NCBI GenBank assembly: GCA_002633005.1
Contig: NMRA01000090.1
Coordinates: 447,986 to 511,985 of the forward strand
Source: Phoronis australis
Taxonomy: Eukaryota; Animalia; Phoronida
Length of the DNA: 64,000 nt
Direction: 5' to 3'
Part shown: piece after piece, positions 14,301 to 24,600 of the stretch
Layout: every line of letters starts with the position of its first letter
How positions within the stretch are numbered: position 1 is the first letter of the stretch
The notes under the pieces: generated by a model
Seen by the model: the letters and a program-made list of their open reading frames with translations, nothing else
Told to the model about the DNA's origin: nothing
Databases searched by the model: none
Position numbers and translations under genes: made by a program

Positions 14301-15064
14301 GTATCAAAGATAATTTTTTATTAATTTGGGCCTTAGTTTGAAGTCATGGTTATCAGGTTGTGTGGCTCAGTGTGCAGAACAGTAATCTTCTAGCAGAGTG
14401 ACACAGTGGATGCTTTAGGGACACTTGCTAAGATATTACATAGCTTGTTGCTTATGATGGACGGACATTTTTATTTGAAAAATTATTTCATTGCAAACTT
14501 GTTGGTGCCAGATGCCTAGCCAAGTGTGCCAAGTCTGTAGGTTAGAAAGTGAATCCTGTATAGGAGTTGCTCAAACCATCAAACTAAAACATGAAGACAC
14601 ACTCATATTTCCTGAAGTTGTCTTTTTTGGTCTTGAAGGCTTGCTTCTCACAGATATCAGTTAGCTTTTGTTTCATTTGGAATTATTTAAATGTGTCAAT
14701 TGGTTTAAATTTCCTAACAATATTAAGTACTAAAAACATGGAGACATGCTGATACATTGCAGAGAACACTGGAATTGTTATTTTACTAACAGGATCTCGG
14801 TCTGGCTCAGAATGCGATGCGTCTACTATCGATTTTACTGATTTTTTACCAGCAGGGCCTGAATCTTGCTCAAAATTATCCTGTTTTTATACTTACTTGC
14901 AGGACCTGGGTCTAGCTCAGAATGCTGCAATCAGCAGTGGAACCAACACGCCTCTGGGTGCACACGCCCTTCAGGTGTACCGCATGATGTGCAATCACGG
15001 TTATGGGCATCTGGACTTTTCATCAGCATTCAAGTTTTTACAAGAGCAAAGTGACAAGGTTTAA
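2313..15064 (+). CDS. HIBADH: 3-hydroxyisobutyrate dehydrogenase, mitochondrial (whole spliced gene, 9 coding exons, ~333 aa)
   Basis: Exons 2313-2388, 5644-5660 (or 5887-5903), 6644-6782, 8465-8582, 9102-9223, 9852-9985, 10412-10488, 11867-12023, 14903-15064 all have GT-AG borders and join in frame (1002 nt). Motifs: [10 protein letters not shown] Rossmann loop, [21 protein letters not shown], catalytic [26 protein letters not shown]. Confidence 0.96.
2554..2900. mobile_element. MITE-like element with ~55-bp terminal inverted repeats
   Basis: CACCACAGGCACCTTTAATCAGCTCTCAACTAAACACTAAAT near 2569-2610 is inverted at 2843-2884. A related partial copy lies near 5025-5175. Confidence 0.7.
3270..4193 (+). 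mobile_element. Non-LTR retrotransposon 3' remnant (C-terminal CCHC knuckle), partly duplicated
   Basis: [41 protein letters not shown]. Segment ~3486-3721 is repeated at ~3966-4193. Confidence 0.6.
5644..5660 (+). CDS. HIBADH: HIBADH 17-nt micro-exon, copy A (VSSTKK)
   Basis: Long polypyrimidine tract, then TGCAG|TATCAAGCACCAAAAAG|GTATGT. Bridges phase-1 exon 1 to phase-0 exon 3. Confidence 0.65.
5887..5903 (+). CDS. HIBADH: HIBADH 17-nt micro-exon, copy B (identical, VSSTKK)
   Basis: TTGCAG|TATCAAGCACCAAAAAG|GTAAGT, with a consensus donor. Confidence 0.7.
6426..6580. repeat. Short minisatellite (~36-bp unit, GTTAGAGATTCCA.CATGGACATGCTCTG.TTATTA)
   Basis: About 4 diverged copies just upstream of HIBADH exon 3. 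Confidence 0.7.
6644..6782 (+). CDS. HIBADH: HIBADH exon 3 (NAD-binding motif)
   Basis: [46 protein letters not shown]; TTTCAG| ... |GTGAGT. Confidence 0.95.
8170..8323. mobile_element. Small MITE
   Basis: CGTTCAGTAGACGCTAGGACCT and AGGTCCTAGCGTTACTGAACG form inverted termini. Confidence 0.6.
8465..8582 (+). CDS. HIBADH: HIBADH exon 4
   Basis: [39 protein letters not shown]; TTTCAG| ... |GTATGT. Confidence 0.95.
9102..9223 (+). CDS. HIBADH: HIBADH exon 5
   Basis: [40 protein letters not shown]; TTACAG| ... |GTACTG. Confidence 0.95.
9595..9845. repeat. Minisatellite (~40-bp unit, GCTAGTTTGTACCTGACAGTTTAGTTCATCAATTGCAGCAGT)
   Basis: 6-7 diverged copies ending at the acceptor of HIBADH exon 6. 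Confidence 0.85.
9852..9985 (+). CDS. HIBADH: HIBADH exon 6
   Basis: [44 protein letters not shown]; TTCCAG| ... |GTGACT. Confidence 0.95.
10412..10488 (+). CDS. HIBADH: HIBADH exon 7 (catalytic Lys)
   Basis: [25 protein letters not shown]; TTTCAG| ... |GTAAGT. Confidence 0.95.
10905..11260. repeat. Degenerate minisatellite (AGTAGTCTAATTGTATCACATGAAA.AACAGATTCTGTCTATTGTCTA)
   Basis: Recurring ~45-50-bp unit. Confidence 0.7.
11867..12023 (+). CDS. HIBADH: HIBADH exon 8
   Basis: [52 protein letters not shown]; TTACAG| ... |GTGGGT. Confidence 0.95.
14903..15064 (+). CDS. HIBADH: HIBADH exon 9 (terminal coding exon)
   Basis: [53 protein letters not shown]-stop. AATAAA occurs downstream near 15358 and 15777. 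Confidence 0.95.
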   Translation, partial: DLGLAQNAAISSGTNTPLGAHALQVYRMMCNHGYGHLDFSSAFKFLQEQSDKV

Positions 15065-16257
15065 AGGAGCACTCTACTGTCTTAATATTTTAGGGTCATA
15101 TTTGATGTTTGGTGATATCACGGTGTGTGTCAAGTTGCCTTCAATACTTCCGTCAGCCACCACACCTGGCACTGTTGTCAACAAATTCCCAAAAATAATA
15201 TAGGTCATTGACCTCAAAGGTCTACTGATGTCATATGGTCACGTGTGTCAGCTTCTCTCTTTGCAAATATGATAGTGCGTTGTTCGGGATATGAAGCGTC
15301 GTGAAAAGGTAGAACAATATTCCACGTAAATTACCCAGGAGTGCTTTGACAGTGGATAATAAAAAATTAAATACTGTGTATGTATAATGAACAACTATAC
15401 TGCTTTGTTTCTCAGTACAAGGATGCAGCTGACAGGACCATTCGATGTCATGAGTAAACATAAGAAGGGGAAATGGGTAGCTCGCATGGTCGTGTTGTTA
15501 ACAACAATGTTGATTGAAATAATGCCATTTTTCATATGGAATATTCCTTAAAGGACCATGATGTTTTCATATATTTCATGTTGTGCTCATGAATCCATCT
15601 TGTATGAAAATTATGTAAGTAAAAGAGGCAGCTAAATTTAATGATCAATGATTGGGCAGATTGTTCTCTCGTTGAAGCTCACCTGCCTTTGATTGTGTGT
15701 TGTTTGAAACAATGTTCTTTAAAATTTGAACTGTTTGGATTGACGAGTGTCACTGAAACACACCAAGTTACTCATGAATAAACAACTTCCAAACAATAGT
15801 GCCTAGATGGCTGGACATGATGCACATCTCACAATGGGCAAATTCAATTGATGTTCATCAACACTTCAGTGGAACCTGTTTATTATAGTCACTTTAAATA
15901 ATTGAGCTTGTTGCCTCTATGGTATAAGAAGATTCTTTTGTACTTTGATGTCCATCGCTGTTCAGTTGTAACCCAGTGTTTACTTAGTAGACCAGAAACT
16001 CTTCTCTCAAATCATGGAATGGTAAATTTGTTGCTGTAATGTTTCATTTTTTGATCATAGGCAAACTTGTTGTTGTTTTGAACAACTCAATTCCTTGTGT
16101 GTGTGATAATTATTTTGGATTTGTTTCATAAATTCTATTTGTGTCGAATTTAGGCTACAGTACATGCAAGTAAATTGACCAAGTTGTTTTTCTTACAAAT
16201 TTGTTTACAGCCTGACTAAACAGCTTGTTAAGATGAAAGTGAAACTTGGTAACTTGT

Positions 16258-16560
16258 TGGTGACAGACCTGTAGATTGGTGACACCCGAGTCAGTCTACT
16301 GAGATGACAGAAGGACTGGTAACAGTCCAAGTCAGTCTATTGAGAGGACAGACAGACCTGTGGATTGGTAACAGTCCGAGTCAGTCTATTGAGAGGACAG
16401 ACAGACCTGTGGATTGGTAACAGTCCGAGTCAGTCAATTGAGATGACCGACAGACCTATACATTGGTGACATTCCTGAGTCAATCTATTGAGAGGATAGA
16501 CAGACTTAAGATTAGTGACCGCCTGACTTACACTACTGTATGTAACTGAGAAGATAGACA
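16258..16560. repeat. Minisatellite (~49-bp unit, GACAGACCTGTGGATTGGTAACAGTCCGAGTCAGTCTATTGAGAGGACA)
   Basis: 5-6 copies in the region between the two convergent 3' ends. Confidence 0.85.
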
Positions 16561-17453
16561 GATCTGTACATTGGAGACAGATGGGGAGTCTGACAAGCAC
16601 AATAGCAGTAAGACTAGGCCTCTACAGATGTGGAAAAGAACTGCTGAATCAGAGATGGATCATAGTATTTGGCTCTTGAGCTCACAGCCCACAGCAGAGG
16701 AATTATTTCACATGGACAGCCATTTAATGGACCCAGCGAGCTCTCCGTCAATAACGAACTGCTGTTGTTTCCAAATCCAAGAATTACTTATCGTCTAAGT
16801 TAAGGAACATGATGATAGCAATTTTTTATGAAACGAGCACATTTAATACGATGTTTCGTGTGGTTTCAGCTGGTTGAATATCAAATTTAAAAACTAAATG
16901 TAAAGGCTAAAAAATGGAAGCATAGGTTCTGGGCTGTGCATATCTGATTATGAACCTGTAGTCTCACAGTTTATCAGAAAATAGGAGGACCCTTACCATG
17001 TCAGCTGACATCAAGTGACAAAAACAGAGCAAATAAACAATCGTTCCATTTTCTTTGGCCTGAACATGATCGAGAAGGTCTAACATGTGAGAGTCTATGA
17101 GCTCTACACCACTAGACATGACACAGTTTTGAAAATGTGGTCAGTTGTAAGGTGCAAGATGTATCCAGTATAACTTGGAATATTCCTTATGACGAAAATT
17201 GAATCAAACATGAGGTTTCCATTCAAACATTCCAAAAGTCTACTAAATGCTGTGGCCGAGAGTGTACCTTGTTCAGACAGCCTTGTTTTATTCCAAAATA
17301 TACAATTTTCATTTTTAGTAATTCCTTGTACTTGGGAGGGAAAGCCTCGATTTGTACCCAAAAATTCCGTCAAAAATAGTCTTGTTTGAGATTCTACCCA
17401 AATGAAAGAATTTACCCTAAACACAGACTTGCTACCACAGTTCCACTTGTTAA

Positions 17454-17540
17454 ATTCAGTATCCACTGGCCCTGCTGTAGGGATTCAGTATCCACTGGCC
17501 CTGCTTTAGGGATTCAGCATCCACTGCCCCCCCTGTAGAG
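17454..17540. repeat. 29-bp tandem repeat x3 (ATTCAGTATCCACTGGCCCTGCTGTAGGG)
   Basis: Directly visible. Confidence 0.8.
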
Positions 17541-18553
17541 ACTCACTAAACATTGTTGAAATGGCATTGTATTTATTAACTACAAACAATGTGGTGCAAA
17601 CAATGAATTAAATAATGCAATTAATGAACTGTGGAAAATGATGACTCAAGCACAATAAGTTCTCTGGGTCCATACTTTTAAGCATAACCAGCAACTAAAC
17701 CAAACTGCAGATCCTCGCATTGTGAAAATCTCGCGTTTCTCAACCCAAGTTTACAGCAATGCTTCTTTGTGCCAACCTTAAAAGGAAAATAATGTGAACT
17801 GCAATTAATACATGATTGACAATATGTGTAGAAAGAATGAAGAGCTTTATACTTGAACAGAACATGTCATGCACCAACATGCTCAATGAGTAGCCATGTT
17901 AGAGACAACAACGCAAACCATAATAAGCACACATGAAATACCTCGTTCACACCTTAGTCTTAGTATTCTTAAAATGTCGAATGAAAATATGAACGGAAGC
18001 TCATAAAATGGAAAACACCTATAAACCAGCTTTGACACTTATTTCAAGCAGCCTTTCTTGTTGCAACTGTCGAAGAGTAGCCATGATAGTGCAATCCAAC
18101 AGTTGGCATGATTATTGCATTTCATTATCGTTCTGATAACTTGAGGTGTCTGTTACATTCAAGAATTTTCCTTATCGACAAATCTTGGCAAAAAAGTAGG
18201 ACTTTGAAGAAAAAATAGGAGTACCTCCAAGAGAAGGTTTATCATACCCCACCGAAAAAAATCATTTCATTTGACAAAAACTTTAAATGAATGAACATTG
18301 TTTACGAATAATAAAATAAACAAATTGGTTCTGGTGTGCACCTCACAGCTGGCATTAAATGGCCCTGGGTAAAAGAAAAAAGATCCCGAACCATTTCTGC
18401 TGGCATCGCATGACTTTCTCCTTAAAAATATGGACAAGTAAAAATGATGTATCGTTAAATAAATTTCAAAAACAAAACACCCAATTATGCTATTTTTGGT
18501 ATTGTCATTTGTCAACACTTCAAAAAACAAGTGGCAATACCCATATTACCTGA

Positions 18554-18672
18554 CTACTTCCTGTTGTCATCGTCCAAAGCAGTGACATCAGTACTTTTAT
18601 CCTCATCATCAGTCACGACTGATTCATCATCAGTGACAACAGGTGTCGCATCACTTCCCTCTCCATGGCGAC
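18554..18672 (-). CDS. LNPK: LNPK exon 11 (acidic tail and stop)
   Basis: RHGEGSDATPVVTDDESVVTDDEDKSTDVTALDDDNRK-TAG; TTCTTTAG| acceptor. Confidence 0.8.
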
Positions 18673-21600
18673 CTAAAGAATAAATAATATGTCACATGTC
18701 CACTGAAGGATAAATCATCCCATTTACAAGCCAGAAATAACAAGACTTTCATCTGACTGGTCACCATTCTCACCATTGTTTGGTGATGTAACTGAAAAAC
18801 CAACAAAATCCACATTTTGAAGTTAAGGCAGGAAATGTTTTTTTTCTAATCAGAAGACATTGCGTTCTCCACCACGGTCATAAAATCCCGTGTCATGTTA
18901 CAATCAAGACCAGAGTTCAAGTGCAACATTGGACTGCAAATGGTATGTGCTCATAGGGGTGTTGATTAGTGTCATAAATGTGGCCAATGGATGGCACAAA
19001 AACAAGGCACACATAAAAAAATAACACGTAGTGGCAAGTAGCGGTGGTTGGATCCACTCGAAAGAAGTCATCACCTGTTGTCACTACACTTGCCAAATTT
19101 CACAAAGATTCTCCCAGGGGTTTAAAAATACAGTTGCAGAATGTAGATGTGGACAATAAAAATGGCCATTAAGTTACACTGAATATGTCAAATCTGTCCA
19201 AAAATGGAAAGGAGTTGTCGCCTCAATAAACAAAACTTAATTTGCCAAATTTCAAGAAAATTCATCACGGAAAATACAAAAGCATGAAGTAAAAAAAGTG
19301 CTAAAAAGGCACGCTGCCTGGTACTAATCAGATTCGTCTGAAAATTGTCGTCGTTCGTTGTCACACTCATAGGAAAACATTCACCAAATTTCACAAAGAT
19401 TCTGCTTGGGTTTAAGCAGAAGACTCTACGGATGCAAAAATAACATCGCCACTAGGCGGTGTTGGAGTATAGATCACTTATCCCTTATCCTACTGAGCGG
19501 ATTCAAAACACCCCACTGCACATTGAGCCTAAGTAGGTGACCCATTAGCTGTAGGCTGGGCAGTTATAATCTATTGGTCTTGATCATATGAGAATTAAAA
19601 ACTTGTCACACACAAAAAATGTCAACAGACAACATGTAGAACAAACAATTGAACTTCACGAAATCTAATTTTGATTTCTTTTCTTTTGGGTAAATAACAC
19701 AAAAATAGACAATAGATTTGGACTTGACTGATAATTGTAGATTATTGTGAAATAAAGTGAAATTCTTTAGGATCCCTTGAGATTTGAATTCATTCTGATC
19801 CAAATTAAAAAGTATTTGCTAGGCCACAATTTGCTGTGTTTCCTTGTCACTTTTAGCTTGAAATTGTATCAGTTCTATACAATCAAACTCATTTTTATAA
19901 AAACTTCAACCAAATGACAAGTCCACTATATTGCCCCCACTTCATGACTCCAGAAAAATAATCCCGAGAAAATGTTGAATAACTTGGAAAACTAAAATTG
20001 ACAGACATGTACTTCAAAAGACAAACAGGTGGAAAAAATACAGATCTTAGGGCACCTGCTCACACAATAAGTAAATAATTGGGTATTTATAAATCAATGA
20101 ACAGAAGTTGCCCTCAAGTTGGTCCTGTGACGAGTACACTCAGCAGGTTATTCAAAAACAAACAGTTGGGTGAGTGTTCTCGCACTCATAATTCGCCAGG
20201 ATGACCATCAACACTTACCTGTGAACCTTCTACGCAGGATAGGAGTTTCTAGTTTGGGGGCTACAGGACGCTTTTTACGTGCTTCATTCATTGTGTAGCA
20301 GTAGCAGCAACGAAAGCCTGAAAAATGAAATATGATCGTGGAGGTATGTGATTACTTGGTTGAGCGGTAACATAGTTTTACACATAGTAACATTAAGTGG
20401 TATTTGTACCAAACTCTGTTATTACTCAGGGCTTGGAATTTTCCGCGGAAACGCGGATTTCCGCTTTTTTCAAATGTTTTGCCCGCGCATTTTATTATAT
20501 TTCTGCGTAAAAAAAATCGGATTTGATGTAAAATTTCCGCGGCAAATTCCTTTCTTACCGCGGCGTTGCCGACGACGTTAACCTCGAAAAGCGGAAGTTG
20601 CTTTTTATGTTTCGGAGGAACGTAAATAGTCAACATTGCGGGGCATCTGGGATAGCGTGGTGGGATTTTCAATGGCGGCTCGTGTGATTGTAAACCGCGG
20701 TGACAAATACTACGGCTCTGCAGCCAAAAATGTGTGGGATGGAAGTGGAGAAGTGGATGGACGAGATAAAAAGACGCAGACGCACGCTACCGCTGGTGGT
20801 AACATTTTTTTTTCCTACCGAATTTTGTCGGCGAAAGGTTCTCGACTATTTCAAGGCCTGGTAGCGCGCATGTTTTGGGCCGTAAAAGTTTCCACGTTTT
20901 TTGTCATTGGTCATTCCAAGCCCTGATTACTATATACTCCTTCACCACAAACTTTGTTATTCACGCATACTTCGTCGCCACAAACTAATTCACATAGTTT
21001 GTACAAATTCTGATTTATGTGCACTCTTTTCAACCATCAGTAAACCTACAGACTAACATGCTCAGCGGTACATAGAAGTCGACATGAACATTCATATTCC
21101 ATAGGCACGTCCAACTGACCACCTGGGTTAAAAAGTTGGCTCACAGGTTTATGCCTGATTGATAAGAGTGTTCACTGGCACATTAGCAATCCAAGTTTCT
21201 GACCTAATGACAACTAAAGTAATTTATCAATCACAGGTTTTTCCATGGGCTGCCAGTTCCCACTGCAACAATATCAATAATTAAGATGTCAGACATAGCG
21301 AAACTCATTGAGGTCAGAAGATAAGTCAATACTGATGCTCAGTTATTCATAGACAAGTATTCAATGTACAACTTCAGAAATTCATTAGTCAATGCACAGT
21401 TTCAGAACATCGCATAGCACAGAGGGTCTCTTACTGTAGTCAATGTACAGCTTCAAAAAGTCACACAATACAGACATCCACTTACAAATAATCAATGTAT
21501 AGCTTAAGACGGTCACATAATACACAGGGTCACTTACTCAAGCTGTCAATATATAGCTTAAGAAAGTCGTAACACAGAGGGTCACTTAGTCGTTGACAAG

Positions 21601-24600
21601 TAGTCAATATACAGCTTCAGAAAGTCATATAATGCAGAGGGTCACTTACTCATAAGTAGTTAGTGTACAGCTTCAGAAAGTTAATATAATGCAGAGGGTC
21701 ACTTACTCAAATATTCAAACTCTTCCCTCAGTGCCATTCCATTGTGAGAGTGACAACTATTGCAGATCAAGGCGTAACGGTTCTGTGGCCCATCACCAAC
21801 CAGGTATTCTACCACTTTGTCCACAGCAGATCTTTCTAGTGGAATAATTTGTCTGGGCATGGGTGGTCCAACAGGGGCACCTGTCAAAACACAATTGCTC
21901 CTTCATATCACAATTACCCATTTTTTTACAGAAAGATACAGGGGAAGTAACAGCTGGTGTTGTGGCAGCAGACGTGTTTTGCATTCTTAGTAAATGATTT
22001 GATAGCAGTTACCTAAAATGCGCCTGGATTTTTGCATCCAGAGAAGGACACCAATACAAAATGTTGAGCAATAGAAGCCATGTGTACTTAATAGTCACGT
22101 GACAAAAATTGATTTCTCATTTCTCACATCTGCTGACAGAGGTAAACACATAAGTCACTAGGAATATTTCCATTGATTTTATACAAAACAAACTGAAATT
22201 CTTTAAAAAAACACTCCCAAAATCGGAGCCAATTGTGCGAGAAAACGCTGCCAGTAGCTTGCATGGATGAAATTTCACAAACTACTGTACACCTAGCACT
22301 TCTGTTTAAAACCACTATAATCAAAAGCAACATGGAGTGGTGAAATGTGCCCATGACTGCACCACCACTGATATGCTTCTAGGGGATCCCGGTGATTCAA
22401 GTGTCTAAATAAATGAGCGCTTTTGATGCCAAAAAGTCGCAATTTTTTATTTTGAAGAAAAATTACTTATTTGCAAAGTTTCCCACAAAATGATGTAATG
22501 GGTGTAAGATGTTTGGTCACTTGACAATCAATAACAATGACGGAACACAGCAGATCAGAAGACAAGGACGATTTTGAGCGAGAATTGGTAATTAGTATGC
22601 AGAGAAGAGACTGGTTACGGGCTCCACACTCATGTCCCATCCATGAAAGGAAACAATCTGCAAACTGTTATGAACATACATCTGAGTAGTGGATGACGAA
22701 TGGATGCCGGATGGACGAACGGGCGGACAGGGATGACGGCATAATGTGCCCACAAAAACGGACAAAAATGCTTGCATTCTGGTGAATACCTGGAACACAA
22801 GAAAAATTAATAATACTTTTATCTTTTCAACTGTTGTGCCTTGATAGAATGTAAGGGCTGTTCCAGTAAAAAATGTATGGGAGGGGGGAAGGCACTTTCA
22901 TTTCTTACCCACTGTCCATATTTTTTTTAATTTCTCCAAACCACAACCCTTAATTTTTAATTACGTTGAAATATAAAATGCGTTTTTTGAGATAATCAAC
23001 TTGTCTTGTCAAATATTAAAATGGCCAACAGGGGGTGCTACAGTAGCCAAATCTGAACGAAAATCGACTGTTGCTCGTGCATACCAGACACCTATCTCTA
23101 TGCCAAATGTCATCACGATCCATTAATTAAAGAGGTTTCAAGATAATCAACAGGCAACCAATGACTTGAGTAGTTGAAAACTAACAGGGGGTGCCACGGT
23201 GGTTGAATCCGTCCAAAAAGTGACTGGTGCAGGCACATTCTTGCCACATACCTAGGTCAAGCAGCTTTTGAAAAAATCAACGCACAAGGAATGGCTTGTC
23301 ACAAACTAAAGCGGCCAACATCGGGTACCACGGTAGCCAAATCTGTGCGAAAATTGACTGGTGCTGGCGCATTCCCGCATAGTACCTCTATACAAGGGCA
23401 ACAAGCAGTTCTTGAGATAATTGATGGACAAGGAATGATAATGCCAGATGGACCAACCACAAAGTTTTTGTGGGTGCAGAAAAATTCCATGTGAGATCAC
23501 TCATGTCAGTTACCGGAAACTTGCAATATTGTAGGCAGCCATCAGGAGTCTCTGTGCATCATGTGTCTAATTTCAATAACATTTTTTCAATTTCATGGAT
23601 CAATGAATCTCAAACTGTCTCCATGAACGCTTTTAGGTTGCTGTGCCAAGTGAATACCGGAACTTGTCTATCTGACTCCTTATACTTTTTATTGAAAATA
23701 TCATCAATTTTTTTAGATGTGTTAACACCAGTTTAGTGTTGCAGCAATTTTCATTCTAATATGACTGCAGTACAACATGTGCTTGCAATCAAGGTGCCCG
23801 ACTTGTCGAGTAACGGCACAAGTGTACAAATTGCACTCAGCGCACTAGCAGCGTGGCCTTGGTTTGTTGACTTTTTAAAATATTTTTGGGTTTCTGCCAA
23901 ATGATTTTTTGTGAGGTTTGATTTTTTTGAGAGGGCATTCAGTTGGTGTTTATCTGAAAATACACACATGTCAACATTTACAACACAAAAAACACACCAC
24001 CTAATTTTGTAAATTTACTTCTTTCAAGGACCACCCATAATTTAAATTTCTTTCAGAAGATGGCCACCCATTAATTTTTATTTCAACTGCCGCCCCCCCG
24101 CTCCCATGTGGAATTTGCTGGAACAGCCCTAAGTTCAACTTACCAAAACCTCGATTATTTGAGTGAGGTGGTCTGCCCCTGCCACCCGGTGTCGGTGCAA
24201 CAACTTGAGGAGTAGCTGGGACTTTGCTGGGACCTGGTGATTTCTGGCTAGGAGTGGACCTATGGCGCAAGCCTGGAGGAAGCACAGAAAGTGAATGAGA
24301 GTGACTGACTGTGAAGTATACAGTCCACTACACTGTATAGTGAACACAACGTAAACAAAATTTCGTTTCCCCATCAAGACAGGTAACATCTCATCAATCC
24401 CGCTACGGTGATTGGGAATTCTGTTTCAACTCAACCGTTAGAATGGGGAGTTCACTTGCAGTTAGATGTAATGACAGGATTATGGGTTATTTTGTTGCAT
24501 TATACATGGTATGCATTGTATGAAGTGATGTCGGGGTGTTCAGCACACGTTTGTCAAAACTGCATCACAAACGAGCAATATCTTCACCCTTATTATATAG

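Noticed and set aside
14355-14410. tRNA or SINE-like A-box (TGTGGCTCAGTG)
   Set aside because: No B-box or cloverleaf can be built.
17104-17466. 120-aa ORF between the two genes
   Set aside because: No recognisable motif or splice framework, and it starts in a tandem repeat; probably chance or unrecognisable TE decay.
22592-22798. Extra LNPK exon between exons 8 and 9
   Set aside because: Exons 8 and 9 already join in phase 1. The segment looks like a repeat end (GGACG-type motifs) and has no Lunapark similarity.
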